Source: Sarea resinae (Eukaryota). From it: a DNA stretch of 64,000 bases. The position numbers and the translations under genes were made by a program. Below the pieces are notes generated by a model. The model was given only the letters and a program-made list of their open reading frames with translations. It had not been told where the DNA came from and did not search any database. Below are positions 26,666 to 42,012 of this stretch, piece after piece (position 1 is the stretch's first letter; the number at the start of each line of letters is the position of its first letter). The stretch lies in the NCBI GenBank assembly GCA_026026165.1, contig JAPEUD010000042.1, forward strand, positions 1 through 64,000. The letters run 5' to 3'.

Positions 26666-29602
26666 ATGCCTACTTTCGCCGACTCATTCTGGTCCAGCGA
26701 CTATGCTAGTGGTAGGACGCCGTGCATTGCTCCTTTATGGGACACGCGCTGACAATGTTCAGGCCTCGATACACTTTTTGGAAAATTGCAACAGGGGGTC
26801 GTAGAGAATCAACAGGTCCTTACGGTTGCACGACTACGAGCCGAGGCCGAAGAGGGCTATGCTCAAAAGCTTGGAGACATAGGGCCGGCGACAGACAAGC
26901 TGTCCGGGGGATTCTCGCGCGACGATGGGGCGAGCGTTCGAAAAGTGTGTAGATCATTCAACGTCGTACATTTTGGCTGAAGAAACTGACTTCGGAATCC
27001 TAATAGGCCTACGAAGGAGTGCGCAGCGAGATGGAAGAAGCCTCGAAAAACCATTGGAAAATAGCTTCCAACATCCGAGAACTTGTCGTCATACCTTTCG
27101 GTCGTTGGTGCGATGCACACGAAGCACGGGTACAGCATTCCCGAGACGACCTCCGTTCCCGAATCAAGGCACACGACAAGCAGGCCGATGTTGTGAGGAA
27201 GCTACGTAGTCATTATTTCAACAAATGTAGGCTGGTGGAGGATCTCGAGGAAGAAAACAAGCTTGCCTTCCAAGACCCTCAAAATGACACGACAAGTCCA
27301 AAACCCAAGGACATTCCGACCGTCAAGCTTCCTGAAAGCGAAGATCCCGAGGAGCCTGAGCTTCTGGAAATTGGGGACGAATCATATGATCCGGACCAAC
27401 TGAAGAAAATCCTCACACATATGTTAGAAACAATCACCCTCGGCGAAACAAAAGTTCCCATCCTAGGTACCTATCAAAATGTCTCGAGCGGGGCAGAGAT
27501 CGTGGAGTATCTGCAAGAGCACATGAACGCTACGACGGTCAGCTATGCGGAGAGAATCGGTCAGGACTTGGTAACGAACGGCTTTTTAAGGCTGGTTGGC
27601 AACGTTGGGAATACATTCGCCAATAGTTCGAGAATGTACTATCAATGGCGGCCCAAGGCATTCCAGATGACAGGAATCCCAGAAAGGAAGAAGCCGTTGG
27701 ATCGAGTATCCTCGACTTTTTCCACCGAAGGCATTGATTCTCCGATCGTCGGTTCGGTAGGGGAGTACTTAGCCGGATGGAACCCCCTAAACAATCCCTA
27801 TCCCAATGAAACGCCTTCAGAAAAGCTGCGTCGGGAAGCACACGAAGCAGATGAGCGTTACAAAGCTGGCATACGTAAGCTTGACTCGTTGCGCTGCAAC
27901 CTCGAAGAGGCCATCATGGAGCATCTGAAATTCATGGAACGCTGCGAGCTCGACAGGCTAAAGGCCATCAAGGCGGTCGTGCTCGATTTCTCCGGTGCCA
28001 TCAGCAATGCGATTCCTAGTCTGCAGAGCACTGTGGATAATATGATGCTCTATCAGGAAACCGTTCAACCACTGGGCGACCTGAGATATCTCTTAGAGAA
28101 CTATCGTACCGGAAGCTTTATGCCTAAGGTGCATGTCTACGAGAATTACTATAATTCCGTCGATGGTAAGTTTTGTTCCTGAGATATTATAGATCGTGTG
28201 GTGTTTCAAGTAGTGGAGAGTTGACTGATACTTAACTCTAGAGCAAATATTCGGTGTTGACCTCGAAGCTAGAGCGAGGGCTGACCGAAAGAGGGTGCCA
28301 ATCATCGTTACTACTATCCTTACTTTTCTAGATAATCGTGTGTCTATCTTCGCCAATTTTGAATTACGTTCTGAACTGACTTTTACAGACTACCCTGACT
28401 TAGAAGGGGACGAGGCTCGCCGGGGTATTTGGCTCGTCGATGTGCCATTGGCTGCAACGCATCATCTGCGAAACATCATCAATAACGGCAAGGCTATCCC
28501 GCACGATGTTCTAGAACGTTATGAGATACCCATTGTTGCGAGTGTTTTGAAATTATATCTTCTTGAATTGCCTGGTGAGCAAGCTTGGGTCTCCACAGTT
28601 CGAATTATACTAATTTGCGCAGATTCTCTTGTATCCTCTCATCTTTATGAGATAATCAAAACGATATATACTACCACCGCCAGCGAGACTTCCGAGTCGA
28701 CGCGTCTCTCTGTCATTCAGAATACTCTCGGGCAGCTTCGTCTCGCTAATATCGCTACCTTAGATGCTATTACCACTCACTTCAACCGTCTCATTGAACT
28801 CACTTCTGCAGATGAAACCTACGTTGCGGCCCTCGCACACAGCTTGGCGCCCTGCATTCTCCGTCCACGCACAGAAAGCGGCTTGACCATGCATGAGCGA
28901 CATGGTTACCGCCTCCTTCGCGATCTGTTCGCACATAAAGACGCCATATTCGGTGAACTTAAGCGCGCCGCAAGTGCTCTGAACCATTCCAGCTCGGGAG
29001 CTGGCCGAGCTAGAGCTGTCAGTACGGACGAAAGCAACCGTCGCGCTGCCATGGAGGCGAGGAATCGTGCCATTGCATCGCGGAGCCGTGCCGGCAGCCC
29101 GCAGCCCGGAGTCCGCAGTCATCGCCGCGATCGTTCAAGCGGTCCTGCCGAGACGAGATTTCCTATTCAGACAAGCCCAACGGCTGCTTCGGAGAGGATG
29201 AGAGGCGCACGCCACAGTCTCGAAGTTCCTGGAAGCAACGACAGTTCGCCCACCATCGAGAATTCAACGCCGGGTCACAAAATTAGCGATTCGATTCATA
29301 CGACGACGAATGGGAACACAGAAAAGGGCTCCGAGATGCCATCCACGAACGGCTCGACTCCGGAGGCGGACAATTCCACGCCCGAGAAGCGTGAATCAAT
29401 GGGCCGTTCATCTGGTGTACCAAGCGCAGGCCGGCTTCCAAGAAAAGCGGCAGCTAATTTACAGCGTCAAAGTCTCACCGGTTCTGTCACCAACAGGGAT
29501 AGTCTTGGCTCTCTCAATGGAAGCGTGACTTCGTCAACAGCGAACGAAGAGTCAGATCGACCCGTTGGCGTCAGCTTGACCGATAAGCCTATGGACGATT
29601 GA
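26666..29602 (+). CDS. RGD2: F-BAR/FCH, DEP and RhoGAP domain protein (Rgd2/Rga8-like), multi-exon
   Basis: Starts MPTFADSFWSSDYASG, then ARLRAEAEEGY (FCH), AERIGQDLVTNGFLRLVG (DEP), and FGVDL...VASVLKLYLLELP...LAPCILRP (RhoGAP). Confidence 0.88.
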
Positions 29603-30618
29603 ACGTGGTGCCTTCTTAGCTCCTTCATATGAGGGCCAAGAAAAGCCGACGAACACACATCCCAAGCGGTAGCCGAGAAGCGGGCACATAGGGTGTTGAG
29701 GAGTGATGGTGGTGACACGAGTCTCATTATTTCAGCGTCTTACTCGATTAAGAGGAAGTCCCTCTCCTCTCTTTGGAGGGCTCGGATGTGTGGTGAGCAG
29801 TCCATGTAGGTTGGGAAAAAGAAGGCAGGACGAGCTTTTGATATTATGCTAGGCAAACCCAGCGGAAGGTCTATGCCTCATTCCATATTTTCTCCCCTAC
29901 CTATAGCGAGCGAGACTCTCTCTTTGTTTTTACTGTACACGAAATGTTTTGTTGTCATCATCTCTCTCATCTCCCATGGCGATGTCACTGCTTTCGTAAA
30001 GATGTCTTTCTATCCTTCTCTTTTCTTTGTCCTCATCATGAAGGCTAATCGCAGAGCACGCCAGGCCAAGCAAGCCGCGCGCGCGTATGAATGAAATCAT
30101 CTGTCTCGTATCACGACGCCTAGCTACTTGCCATTCTTCTCAACGCCCGTAGATTAATACTCCTACTTTGCCATCGGCGGTATTGTGATATTGCACCTGC
30201 ATTCTTGCAATGGAAGAAAAAACGCTCTCCGGGATCCATCCACCTCAGGTTGAAATTTCTGTACCGTATTTGTAATATCTATGTCTGATTTATTCTTTCG
30301 CGTTCCTTAGGATGCTTATAGCTGTACAGGCAATGCCAGCCCTCGAGAAAAGGACCTTCTTTCTACACCGTCCCCAAGCGCCCCCCCTTCGGCGAAAAAG
30401 GAGAAGAGAAAAAAAAAACCGAGCTATGCCAAACACCCCTTCCATCTCAGCCAAAAATGGAGTATGCAATGTAGCGAACGCAGACAGGAGCTGCCCTCTT
30501 GAAAGGGTAGTGACACTTGACAAAATCTTACATGTGAACACCTTCTTTCACCGTCCCCACCTTCTCCCCCTATCACGTCCCACAGCCACCCATTCCTGCA
30601 CAGTCCTCAGACCCTAGG

Positions 30619-32771
30619 CTAAAAGACCACTGCTTGAAACCCATCGGCCTGTAGCAGCCCCTCGAGGATCCCAGCCCCGACACCCTGCACGGCGGTCAAA
30701 AGCTCCTTCTTACTAACACAGCTGGCGACGCGTCTCTCGTCCGCCGCCGCACCACCAAAACCCATGGCCATGGCCTTGCTGCTGCCGCTGGGACGACCAC
30801 GCTTACTGGGCGTTGTGGGCGTCGAGCTAAGGGAGGCGAAACTGCCGGCGCGAGAGTCGGCGGGGCCCACAAGAGATTGTGTTTCCAGACTCGCCACGAC
30901 GTCGCGGAACTCGGTGCCGCTGAGGGGCTGGAGCATGCGATCGCGGTTGCAGAGGCCAGCGTAGGCGTCGAAAAGGGCGCGGACCGTAGGAGCCGCATTC
31001 GCATGTTTCGAGGGCGTGCTCGGGACGCTGCTGTTGTTGCCTGCGGCGTCGTTATTGCCGTTGCTATGGTTGTTATTGTTGCGCTTTTTCTCCTCTAGCG
31101 AGACAAGCACGCACAGTGCGGCTTTCTGTTGTAGGTTGAGCGTTTGCAGCCGCTGGAGAGCACCATTGCCGAAAGCAGCCGAGGCAATGCGCGCGACGTG
31201 GGCGATGCTTGCTCTTGGGGCGTTTTCGGGTGTTAGTCGTGCGAGAGACGCGGCAAGTGTAGGCGGCTGCTTCGAAGCTGCGTTTGGTGACTGTGGGGAG
31301 GAGAGGTTGATGTTGTCGACTAAAGCCGTTTGAGAGGCGCTCGTTTCGACATCCTGACTAGCAAGCTGCTGTTGGTGCTTCAGTTTTGTTTCTGATTCGA
31401 TGAGATCGATGGCTCGTCGACAGATATCGAAGGCTTTGCGCAGGTCGCCGGTTTGGGAAGCCACCTTCTTGGAACACAATTGGATCGCGGCGGGTTGGAG
31501 GAAGGGAATGAAGTCCGATGCTGTCATTCCATCTGCGGCTGCGAGCGACTTGAGACGAGACGTGATAATCGAACAGATCTGTGCCGATGAGTAGGGTAGA
31601 AATGGTAAAAGCTGAGGCCGGAGATTTCTTGCTTTCAGGCGCGGAAGGAAACGATCTGTAAGATCGAGAGCATTTGCGATGCCGACCAGAATTAGACGAG
31701 AGGATCGCTGAAGCGACCATTCGAACAAAGTATAGAGCATCTCCAGATCCAGAGTCAAGAGGTGATCGATCTCATCGAGCACAACAACGAAAACGCTGCT
31801 GCTCTTAGTCTCCGTCGAGACGAAGAGACGTCTGAGGGTGTCCAGCTCATCCTCACCGATTTCGTCCGCATTCTCACACAAGTCCTCGACTAGCTTTCCA
31901 TGAATGTCTTTGGTGGTCTTTGCGCTCATGCAGTTGTAGTAAGCCATCCTCACTGTCTCCATCTCATCAAAGCGCTTGCAGACTTCATTGACGAAAGCAC
32001 TCTTTCCAGTTCCAGGAGGTCCGCTGACATACATGCATCCGCCCGTCTTCTTTGTGACCCGGGTCTGAACAAAGTCTTCAAGCTCGAATCTTTCCGCTTC
32101 CCGGCCAACTAATCTCTCCGGGATCGCACTCCTTACAAATAGTTGACGAGCAGCGTTGTAGATGGTGGGTAGCGAGTTCGGGGTAGACGGAGTTCGAGGC
32201 GTGCGGGGGCTGTATGGCTTTGCTGCAACGGTAACACGATGTCTGGGGGTAATCGGGACCTTTTTCGAAAGTGCATCTCGGTGCCTAGGAGTCTGAGGCG
32301 TGCGTTGTAGAGCTTCTTTTGTTGCTACATCTGTTGAAACTCAGCTGCTGCAGAAAGTTTGGAAGACGGAAAGGAGGAGCATCATACCAGGGACAGCTTT
32401 CGTGGTCTTGAAGTGTGCATTGATCTTGTTCGGCGACAAGGCAATCCTTCCTCCCGTCACTGTGTGCTTGGCGGGCACCGACTTCTCGGCGAGCCTGGTC
32501 CGTGTCTTGAGTGGAGACGCAAGCTCATCGTCAAGCATGTCGATATCCTCTGGAGATTGACTTCTTCTCCGAACGACAAATGGGTTGTCGTTCTCGTCGT
32601 TGTCGGGTGCGGCACGGCTTCGGCTTCGACGCTTTACGCGCGCAGAGATTGAGGACGGCTCTGCTTGCAGTCAGTATAAACAATGCTGGTAGAGATGATC
32701 GTGGACTGGAGAGGTGTACCAGCAGCGATAGTATCGGCCCTCGAGCGTTTTCCCAGCACAGATGAAGCCAT
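30619..32771 (-). CDS. CDC6: Replication licensing AAA+ ATPase Cdc6/Cdc18
   Basis: MASSVLGKRSR start, TP/SP-rich N-terminus, YVSGPPGTGKS (Walker A), VVVLDEIDHL (Walker B), LVGIANALDLTDRFLPRL, GDLRKAFDICRRA; two introns. Confidence 0.95.
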
Positions 32772-32952
32772 TCTGGATACAGAGAAGAGATGGTATTCTG
32801 ATCTGAATGGCCCAGTAGCAATGGGTAGTGGTGGGTTGTGGTGGATTGTGAGGCTTGTAGATGGGAGGAAGACAGGAAGCGCGCGAAGTAACTGCTCAGA
32901 CACGACGTACCACTCAAGTCCTAAAGTAGCCAATAAATTGGATGAAGGAAGT

Positions 32953-33122
32953 CGCGTCGCGAAAGAAGTACCTGAGCTGGGTTGGCACGCAATCACGCAG
33001 GCACGCAGGCACGCGAGTACCAACGCCACGACACGGGACGCTGCTGCCACTTCAGTACTACGAAGTACATCCCCAGGTAGGTAGTACTGCGTACTCGTAG
33101 AACGCGAGACGCGCACGACGCG
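32953..33122. promoter_or_regulatory. Cluster of MCB/SCB-like G1/S elements upstream of CDC6
   Basis: ACGCG cores at 32953 (reverse), 33011, 33102, 33109 and 33118, and CGCGAAA at 32958. CDC6/cdc18 is an established MBF target in yeasts. Confidence 0.6.
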
Positions 33123-33424
33123 CCATCCACTCGTACCTCGGCGAGCAGTTGCATGTACAGCGTACATAGTACTCCGTATTGATCTCTCTACCTTAGTCAT
33201 CCCCACGGCAGAGATACCGTACTGCATACCTACTTCGCACTCAATTGACTGATCGATAATATCCATTCCTAAGCTACCTACCTACCTCACGTACCTGACT
33301 ACTGATGGATTCAAGGAAATCGCTGTACGCGGAAAGCAGAAGCAGAACCCGGGAACGCTGTGCTCGCAAAAATGTTCCCCTTTGTTCCTCATGTGCCCGA
33401 CCAACAACAAACGACCAGTAGAGC

Positions 33425-36400
33425 TCAACGACCGTACTCCAGGCTCGGGATGATGACCGGTCCGTACTTGACGGGAAGACCGTAAACGCCCTCATTCTGG
33501 ACCATGAAATCAACCGCGAGACTGAGTCTCCCACCGCCTTTCCCGAGTCCCGTCGGTCCGAACGTGCCGTTCACCACCTCCGGATCATAAGCCACACAGG
33601 CGACGTAATTGCGGCGACCCATCAACTTCTTCGTCTCCTTGGGTGCTCCGTTCACGTCGATCTGGAAGATCTCTAGCATGTCCTCCTTGGTGTCCGAGAT
33701 GTTGTTCGTAGAGCGATGTCCGTTGGCTGGAACGTAGAGAGGCTTGTTACCGGTGTGCAGCATTTTGACTACGTACGACGGTGGCGGTGTATTGACGACC
33801 GAGGAGGAGATGATCTGGTACATCGTCTTATGATCACTTGGATGGCCCGGGTCGTGAACGAGACCAGCACCGCAGCAGCCAACGTCTAGAGGCAATAGTG
33901 ATTAGCGGAAATTCTTCAAAAGGTAGTATTTGAGAGCGTACCGCCAGAGAAGAAAGTCATGCGAAGTGATTTCTGACGAGCGATGCCTTGTAACGTCCGT
34001 ATGAGGTACGTCCGCTCAAGATCCTGTTTATAGGTTAGCAATCATCAATTCGGCACCTAATTCTGTATCTCACCTTCGATTCATGGGTCCATTGATCTCT
34101 CAGCTCATCAAGCATATCGATATCGCCAAAGGGACTTATTATACCACCCATCAAACCGGACTTCCCCACTGCCTTCTTGATAGAATCGAAGCCGGTTCCC
34201 ACGGCCTGCTTTGCTCCCACCACCCCTGCGACAGAGCTTGTCATCTTCCCCAACATGTTATAAGCACCCGTCACAGCCTTCTTCCCAGTAGCCACGGTAT
34301 TGACAATGGTTTCTGCGCTTTCCAATCTTGGGTAGATAATCGGTACGGAGATCATCCATATGCAGTGTTGGACACTAGGCGGTAGTAAAGCCACTTTAGG
34401 AAAAAGGCCTTGGTAAGTTGGCCCTGCCATGACCTGGTGCGGATTCCTCTCCGAACGGCAATCTGGTCCGACGACGACAACCGCTGGACCAAGATATTTC
34501 ACGAAGTGCCACCCTGTACCTGTGATTGTGAATAGATCCTGATCGTTGCTGACATTACGCAAAATTTCGAGCGTTGTGTGATGTTGAAACAGGAGATACA
34601 TCTCTATGCCAATACGACCAATATTCTTGAACATATGAGAGAACTGCATATATTCTGGATAGGACCCGAATCCATCAAAGCTAGATTGCAAGTCAGTGAA
34701 AACCAAACTCTTGACGTGAGTACAACTTACATGTCATGGTCATCGATCTGCAAAATATGAGGTATCTGCGCAAAAGCTTCCCTCAAATGCGGTTGATCAA
34801 AATGGCTTGAATAGTAGTGAAAATAGGCATGAGTAACGTCTTCTTCATGCTTCGCACTCCAAGGAGCATTTCTCCTGTTGTCTTTACCGCTCATAGCAAG
34901 CCATTGCCGAAGAAGTGGAACTTCCTTCCACAGTCTATCAGCGTAAATTTGGTCGCCCATGCCAAGTTGAGCATGAAAGCCTCCACATTCCATGTGCTTT
35001 TGCATGATGTCTTTCCACATAAAGCCAATGCCACCAACTCGCTGGCGCTCATTGGCGTTCACGTTGAGCGAAAAGTCATTGCCTGAATGCGCAATGAAAC
35101 GCCAATTGGTTTCGTGGCGACCAGCAACAACAAATTCGTAGCGAGTGCAGCCTAAGTGTGATGTGATAGCGTAGGTCCACTTTGCGCTGCCAGCGTCCTC
35201 CATGCGCAGATCGACATCGTAGCGATAGAAGACCCATCTTTGATGGGAATAAATTGCAAATGGCTTCAGCTGTCGAGCTATAGCGTCTGTTAGTGGAAAT
35301 GGACCCTAAATAGCTCCATTTGGACTTACGGTTCGGCGACAGATCAACGGTCTGGTGGATGTGAATCGTGGGTGGCTGCGGTGCATCTGTAACCAGCAAT
35401 ATTGAGCCTAACCACAGTCCTCTTTCGAGGTCCATGTTGGTATAGCGCAGATACGGGCCAAAGTAGACACCATTCGTAGGGGCAACCCTGTAAACATCCA
35501 CCCCGGCGCTGGGAGGAGGCATAGAGAATCCAGCAGCTGTGGGTGTACTAGCCATACTCATGATACTCTCTGCATATCCTCCAGGCTTAGAGGGAAATCC
35601 TGGTGAACCTAAGCCCGTCCCGCTGAAAGTGCTGAAAGCTGGGGAAACCAAAGGATTGCCGCCGTAAGTGCTCATGGTCGGTGATGCAGGATCGGCGAAA
35701 TTGAGTGGGGTGGGCCCCTTAGGGAACTCCCATTGAGTGGATTGCGTCGGTAGGTGAATGTAGTAGTACTGACCAGAACTTGGGTCCATATGGGCTATCC
35801 ATCCTTCAGGTAGCAACGGAGGCGACGCAGGACCTGCACCTGCACCAGGTCCTGGTGAAGCATTGGCGAATTGCTGTTTGATTGGCGCGAAAGGCTCTTG
35901 TGTTGGCGGAGTGCTCTGCTGTCTGGGGTCGTTTGCAAACGCAGGATGCCCTTGAAGCACTGCACCATCTTGCTGCGAAGGTCCCGCAGCAGGTTCATTC
36001 ACTGGATTCACGGGAGGTGCGGCCGATCCACCTGCTGGCTGGGCACGTTTCTCGTTCGGATAGCCTTGTGCTGTGGTAGATCCTAAAGCTTGCTGTGATA
36101 CATCTGAATACGCAGGAGGAGGGGAAGAGGTCATATGCATTCGTTGAAAGTCATGCTCTAGAGGGTCATGCTGAGGGGGCTCTGACCCAGGACGGGTTTG
36201 CTGGTCTAACTGCGGTCCAGAGCTGGACGTCGGCGAGTCGCTCACTTCGCTGGACCCTTGATACACAGTGGGCGGTCCATGGGGCTCGCTTCCGGGTAGT
36301 TCAGTAGGTGTCCAGGGCCTGCGCTGAGGCCCCTGCTGCTGCTGCTGCTGATCATCTTGCGGAGATGGCCTCTGCCTTTGTTGTGGTTGCTGTGGATACT

Positions 36401-37331
36401 GATTTGCTCTCTGAGCTGCTGCTGCACTTTGGGCTTGCAGACCGGTCAGAGTGCCCGCGCCTGCGATACCAGCTGCCGCATAACGTGCTTCAATGCCTGC
36501 TCCTGGCTGGTCTCCAGGGCCAGTCGCAGGCGTCTCTGGCGGCGGAGGTGAACCACGCTGTGCTCTCGTTGTATGCGTGGATGATGTCGAAGCAAGACGG
36601 TTGACCGAGCTTGGTGTTGGAGCAGATAGACCCGAAACGCCAGCGTTGGGATTAGTCGTAGGGGGAGGCCAGTACTGCTGATGATACTGGGGTGAGATGT
36701 CGGCTTCGGTGCGAGACGGATAGTTATGTTGAGAGTCTGGACTCTGCGATTGTTCAGAACGTCGAGGTGGTCTCTGAAATAGCCCTTCTTTGTCAGGAGG
36801 CTCGGGGCCCGGAGAATCAGGCAAGGGTTTTGGCACATTGCCTCGCCTCTCCGCCAGTCTCATCGGAGGTTGTTGACCATCGCGGTGCTCTCCAAGTCGT
36901 GGTGTCGCAGAATAGCTGCCGATACTGGATCTTCCGGAATCAGCAGTACCGGTTCGAGGAGGCGGTGATTGAGATTGAAAATGGGGTGAAGATCTGCCTT
37001 GGGCAGAGCCTGAAAGCCTGTCGCGGTCCGGATAAGGAGGCTGGAACAGTCCTTCGTTCGCAGAGCCATACTGCGGGCGTGGGTAATCATGGTCGGGGTA
37101 CGGCAATGGGGCCGTGGGACCTGGCACTCGAGGGTATTTTCGCTGTCCAGACGGCTGGGCGAAGCCAGCGGGAGGAGTTGAGGAGGGTCCTGTCGTTGAG
37201 GCAGGCGGTGGTGAGACTGACTCTCCTTTGTTTATCCTCAGAGGCGCGACTGTCGGAGTCTGGAGGTCGGTTGCAGGCGTTGGAAGAAAGAGCTCCTCCT
37301 CAGGATTGCCATGGCGACCACCTTCAGCCAT
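33425..37331 (-). CDS. Proline/glutamine-rich WW-domain protein with C-terminal PhoD-like metallophosphatase domain
   Basis: LPEGWIAHMDPSSGQYYYIHLPTQSTQWEFP (WW), QLGMGDQIYAD and QIDDHD|IFDGFGSY (PhoD-like); about four introns. Confidence 0.85.
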
Positions 37332-38534
37332 CCTCGAGACCGCAGGCGAAGTTGGCAATGTGGAGATGTCCCGAATCGTCAGCCAGTAATGTTCAGTATG
37401 TTATTTATAGGCCGCAGACGTTCCCGTAAGCAGCCCGTCTCAATCTGTAGCCTCTCGTTTCGTACCCCGCGCGGGCTGTCGAGCGGCGAGGATCGCAGAC
37501 TTGCGGCGAGGGAGAACAACAACGACAGAGCCAGATACGATTTCGGGGTTGAAGATATGCGACGTGCTTTTCGGTGGCCCACGGACAATACTATGTAGGA
37601 AATCCTCACGAAAGGCAGAGACGTTGCGCGGCATCAACGCAGTGAATTGTGCCCAAGGCTGGAAGCGCCGCACTGACGTGGGGGACAAGCGGCGGATAGG
37701 CATCGTGTAACTTGATTGGTGGAGGGGGGAACGATGAGCAGAGTACAGAGAAACCCCTGTACGAGAAACGAGGAAAAGAGGGAAAAGAGGTATAAGCCAC
37801 GACGATCATTGCCAATGAACAAGCGGAAGAGGAGCAAGAGAGCATTGCAGGGGTATCAAGGGCAGGAGAATTGGCAATCATGATACAGTAGCACCAAGCC
37901 TGAAAGCCGGTCCTGGTGAAGAAATAGCCATCCGGTATGAGGAAGCTCATTATCATTGTCATCGTCACCTGCATCATCATCATGGTTGTTGTCGCTATGC
38001 TGTGTGACAGTGTGAGTCAGGTGCCTGATTCTGTCCGAAGACTCTGAAGACACTTCGACGACTGCATGAAGCAAAAGAGGATCGAATGCTTTTCTACTAT
38101 GGAGGAAGAGGGTTGATCCTCGTTCTGAGGTGAGTACTGCGTACGGAGTACTACGCAGTACTTCAGTAGAGCATCGCGCCTCGTCTCGATGTGCTGGCTG
38201 TATGACGCTTGCGGATTCCATGCCATGTGGCCGTTCAACAAAGGATTACCCTGCGATGTACTATATAGACCTTGCGGCATCCATGGCATTTAAAGGTCAC
38301 CGGATATGCGCAGCGTCGCCCGCCAGGCCACCGTACCCAGTGCCAAGAGTTCTTCGAAGCGCAACCCACAATCACACAAATCGCAAAAAGAGCGAGATCG
38401 ATAACCCAAGGTAGTCAGAATCAAGGGCTCGAACGACCACTCCTTCTCCAAATTCCTCGACTCTACACCAGCCGTCCTCTAGAACCTCCCCATCCGCTCG
38501 AGGGTCCTTCTACGAGCCTAATTCGACCGTCAAG

Positions 38535-39914
38535 ATGCCTGGTCCGACAAACACCCTCCTGATCGAGGGCTCCTTTGAGGAGTTGGCCGACGAACTAGCC
38601 CAATACATCGACACCGTCAAGAATATCGACGATGGCACGGGCGTGGAAGCCGAGATCAGTCCATTACTGGAGCAGGGCCAGAAAGACGAGGCGCTCAAGA
38701 AGTTGGTCACAGGAAGTGCCGCCTTGAACGCTGCACCAGAGAAAGGTGAGATGGCTACGATCATCCAGTGCCTGTAAGCATGGCGGCTAATAAATTGTGG
38801 AAAATCAGAGATCATAGCAGCATACAACCTCCTCATTCATCTGGTCCGCCAATCGCCAAATCTGAACATGTTCCTCCCCAAGATCTGCCAAAACCTCTCC
38901 CAACCCATCACTTCTGCTCCCATCAACGGCCCCGGTCTCGCCCTCTCAGCACTCACTACCATCTTCAACATTCTCCAACCCGACAACGATAGCCGGTACC
39001 ACGTCTTACTAGCCATCCTCCGCGTCCTCAAGAGCAGCGGCTCCTTCGAGGCACTTCGACCCCAGCTCAAGAACCTCGACGTCTGGCTCAAGCAGTGGGA
39101 TGTCGACGAAGATGACCAGCGCAAGCTCTTCCACGCCATCGCCGACGTTGCCCGAGACGCCGGCGAAGACGAGCAAGCTTACATCTACCTGCTCCGTGCC
39201 CTTCGCACCATCCCCTCTGCCGAGGTCTCCTCGGACGAAGCCCGCACCCTTTCTCTTCGGGCTCTCAAATCCGCCCTTTTGCATCCCTCGCACTACGACT
39301 TCCAGGACCTCGCCGATCTCGACTCTGTCCAGGCGCTCCGCAAGTCCGATGCCGAAGCCTTCGAACTCCTCGAGATCTTCAACGCGGAGCTCCTAGACGA
39401 CTACAACGACTTCAAGGACGAGCATGACGGCTGGATCGACGAGCAAGGCCTCGACAACGCCGTCCTGCACCGCAAGATGCGCCTGCTTACGCTGGCGTCC
39501 CTCGCGGCCTCGACCCCGTCCCGAAGCCTGCCCTACGCCCAAATCGCAAAAGCGCTCCAGATCCCCGCCGACGAGGTCGAAGTGTGGGTCATCGACGTCA
39601 TCCGAGCCGGTCTCGTCGAGGGCAAGCTCTCCCAGCTCAACCAGACCTTCCTCATCCACCGCAGCACGTACCGCGTCTTCGGCGAGAATCAGTGGCGCGA
39701 GGTGGCGTCGCGACTGGATACGTGGCGCGAGAGCCTGGTGGGCGTGCTCGAGGTCGTCCGCCGCGAGCGCGAGAACGTCATTGCGCAGAAGGAGCGCGAG
39801 TTGCGCGAGGTAGAGGGTCAGCTGGAGGGCAATCGGGGCGGAAGAGAGCGAGGGGAGCGTTCGGCCAGGGGCAGAGGACAGCAGATGAGAGAGGTCGACG
39901 TCGGTGCCGATTGA
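38535..39914 (+). CDS. eIF3m: Translation initiation factor 3 subunit M (PCI domain)
   Basis: TLLIEGSFEELADELAQYID at the N-terminus; RKMRLLTLASLA...EVEVWVIDVIRAGLVEGKLSQ (PCI); intron 38746-38808. Confidence 0.93.
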
Positions 39915-40786
39915 GAAATGAGAGTCCGGTATCAGGCGGGAAAGAAAGAAGGGGAAAAGGGAAGGGAAAGGCCGAACGTATGTACTGGGTCGGTATGAAT
40001 CTTGTTTTGTTTTCTTTGCTCTGCGAACGAAGCTACGGAATGCATCTAGATGATGATGGTGAAGGGGGCTATCATCCATCCATCAGCGACCTCAATTCGA
40101 GAGAGAGGAGACTATCCCTTTGTTGGGAAGAGAATCTTCCAAAAAAAGAAACTCGTTTTGTTTTCGACAAAGGAGGTGGTGATGACGATGATGATGATGA
40201 CGATGACGAAAGCTTCAAGCTTTCCGTTATGTGAATAGAAACGGCCAAGCCCTTGGGTACCTGGCAGCGGGGTCGGACGGGCAGGTATATCAAAAAAGCA
40301 TAGGAGCAATGCTCACTTTCAATACAATAGAGCAAGATTCCGTCCCATCCCATTCCCCGTCCACCGTCCACGGAAACCAGGAACGATCTACCTGGCCTGG
40401 ATTGTAGATTATACCTTGATTACCACAAACAGGTAGGCATGTTTGGACATATTTTGTGGACCGATGAGTGATATCATACAGTACAGTTGTCCAAAAAAGG
40501 TCTAATAGGAAGTAGAGTCTTAGGAGACAAGTGTGGGTGGAGGTGTAAGTGTAGGTGTACAGGAAGATTAATGGTATGAAGTGAGAAACCCCGTCTTTCT
40601 AAAAACTCGGCCTTCGATGGTCGTCCTTCCAATCCTCTGATCTCTTCTCGGAAACAAATGCGTATATAACAGTCTCTTCTTTCCTCTCCACTTGGCCGGG
40701 CCGACTGCAAAAGGCCCCTCGCCCCAATGCCAGACCAATCAAGTCCAGCCTAGATCGACCCATCACAGGCCTTCCTTGTATCAGTT

Positions 40787-42012
<1,226 letters not shown>

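Noticed and set aside
39009..40234. Long overlapping and antisense ORFs over eIF3m (also over FMP32, BRN1 and the F-box-like gene)
   Set aside because: Expected by-product of high GC3 codon usage; no recognisable domains.
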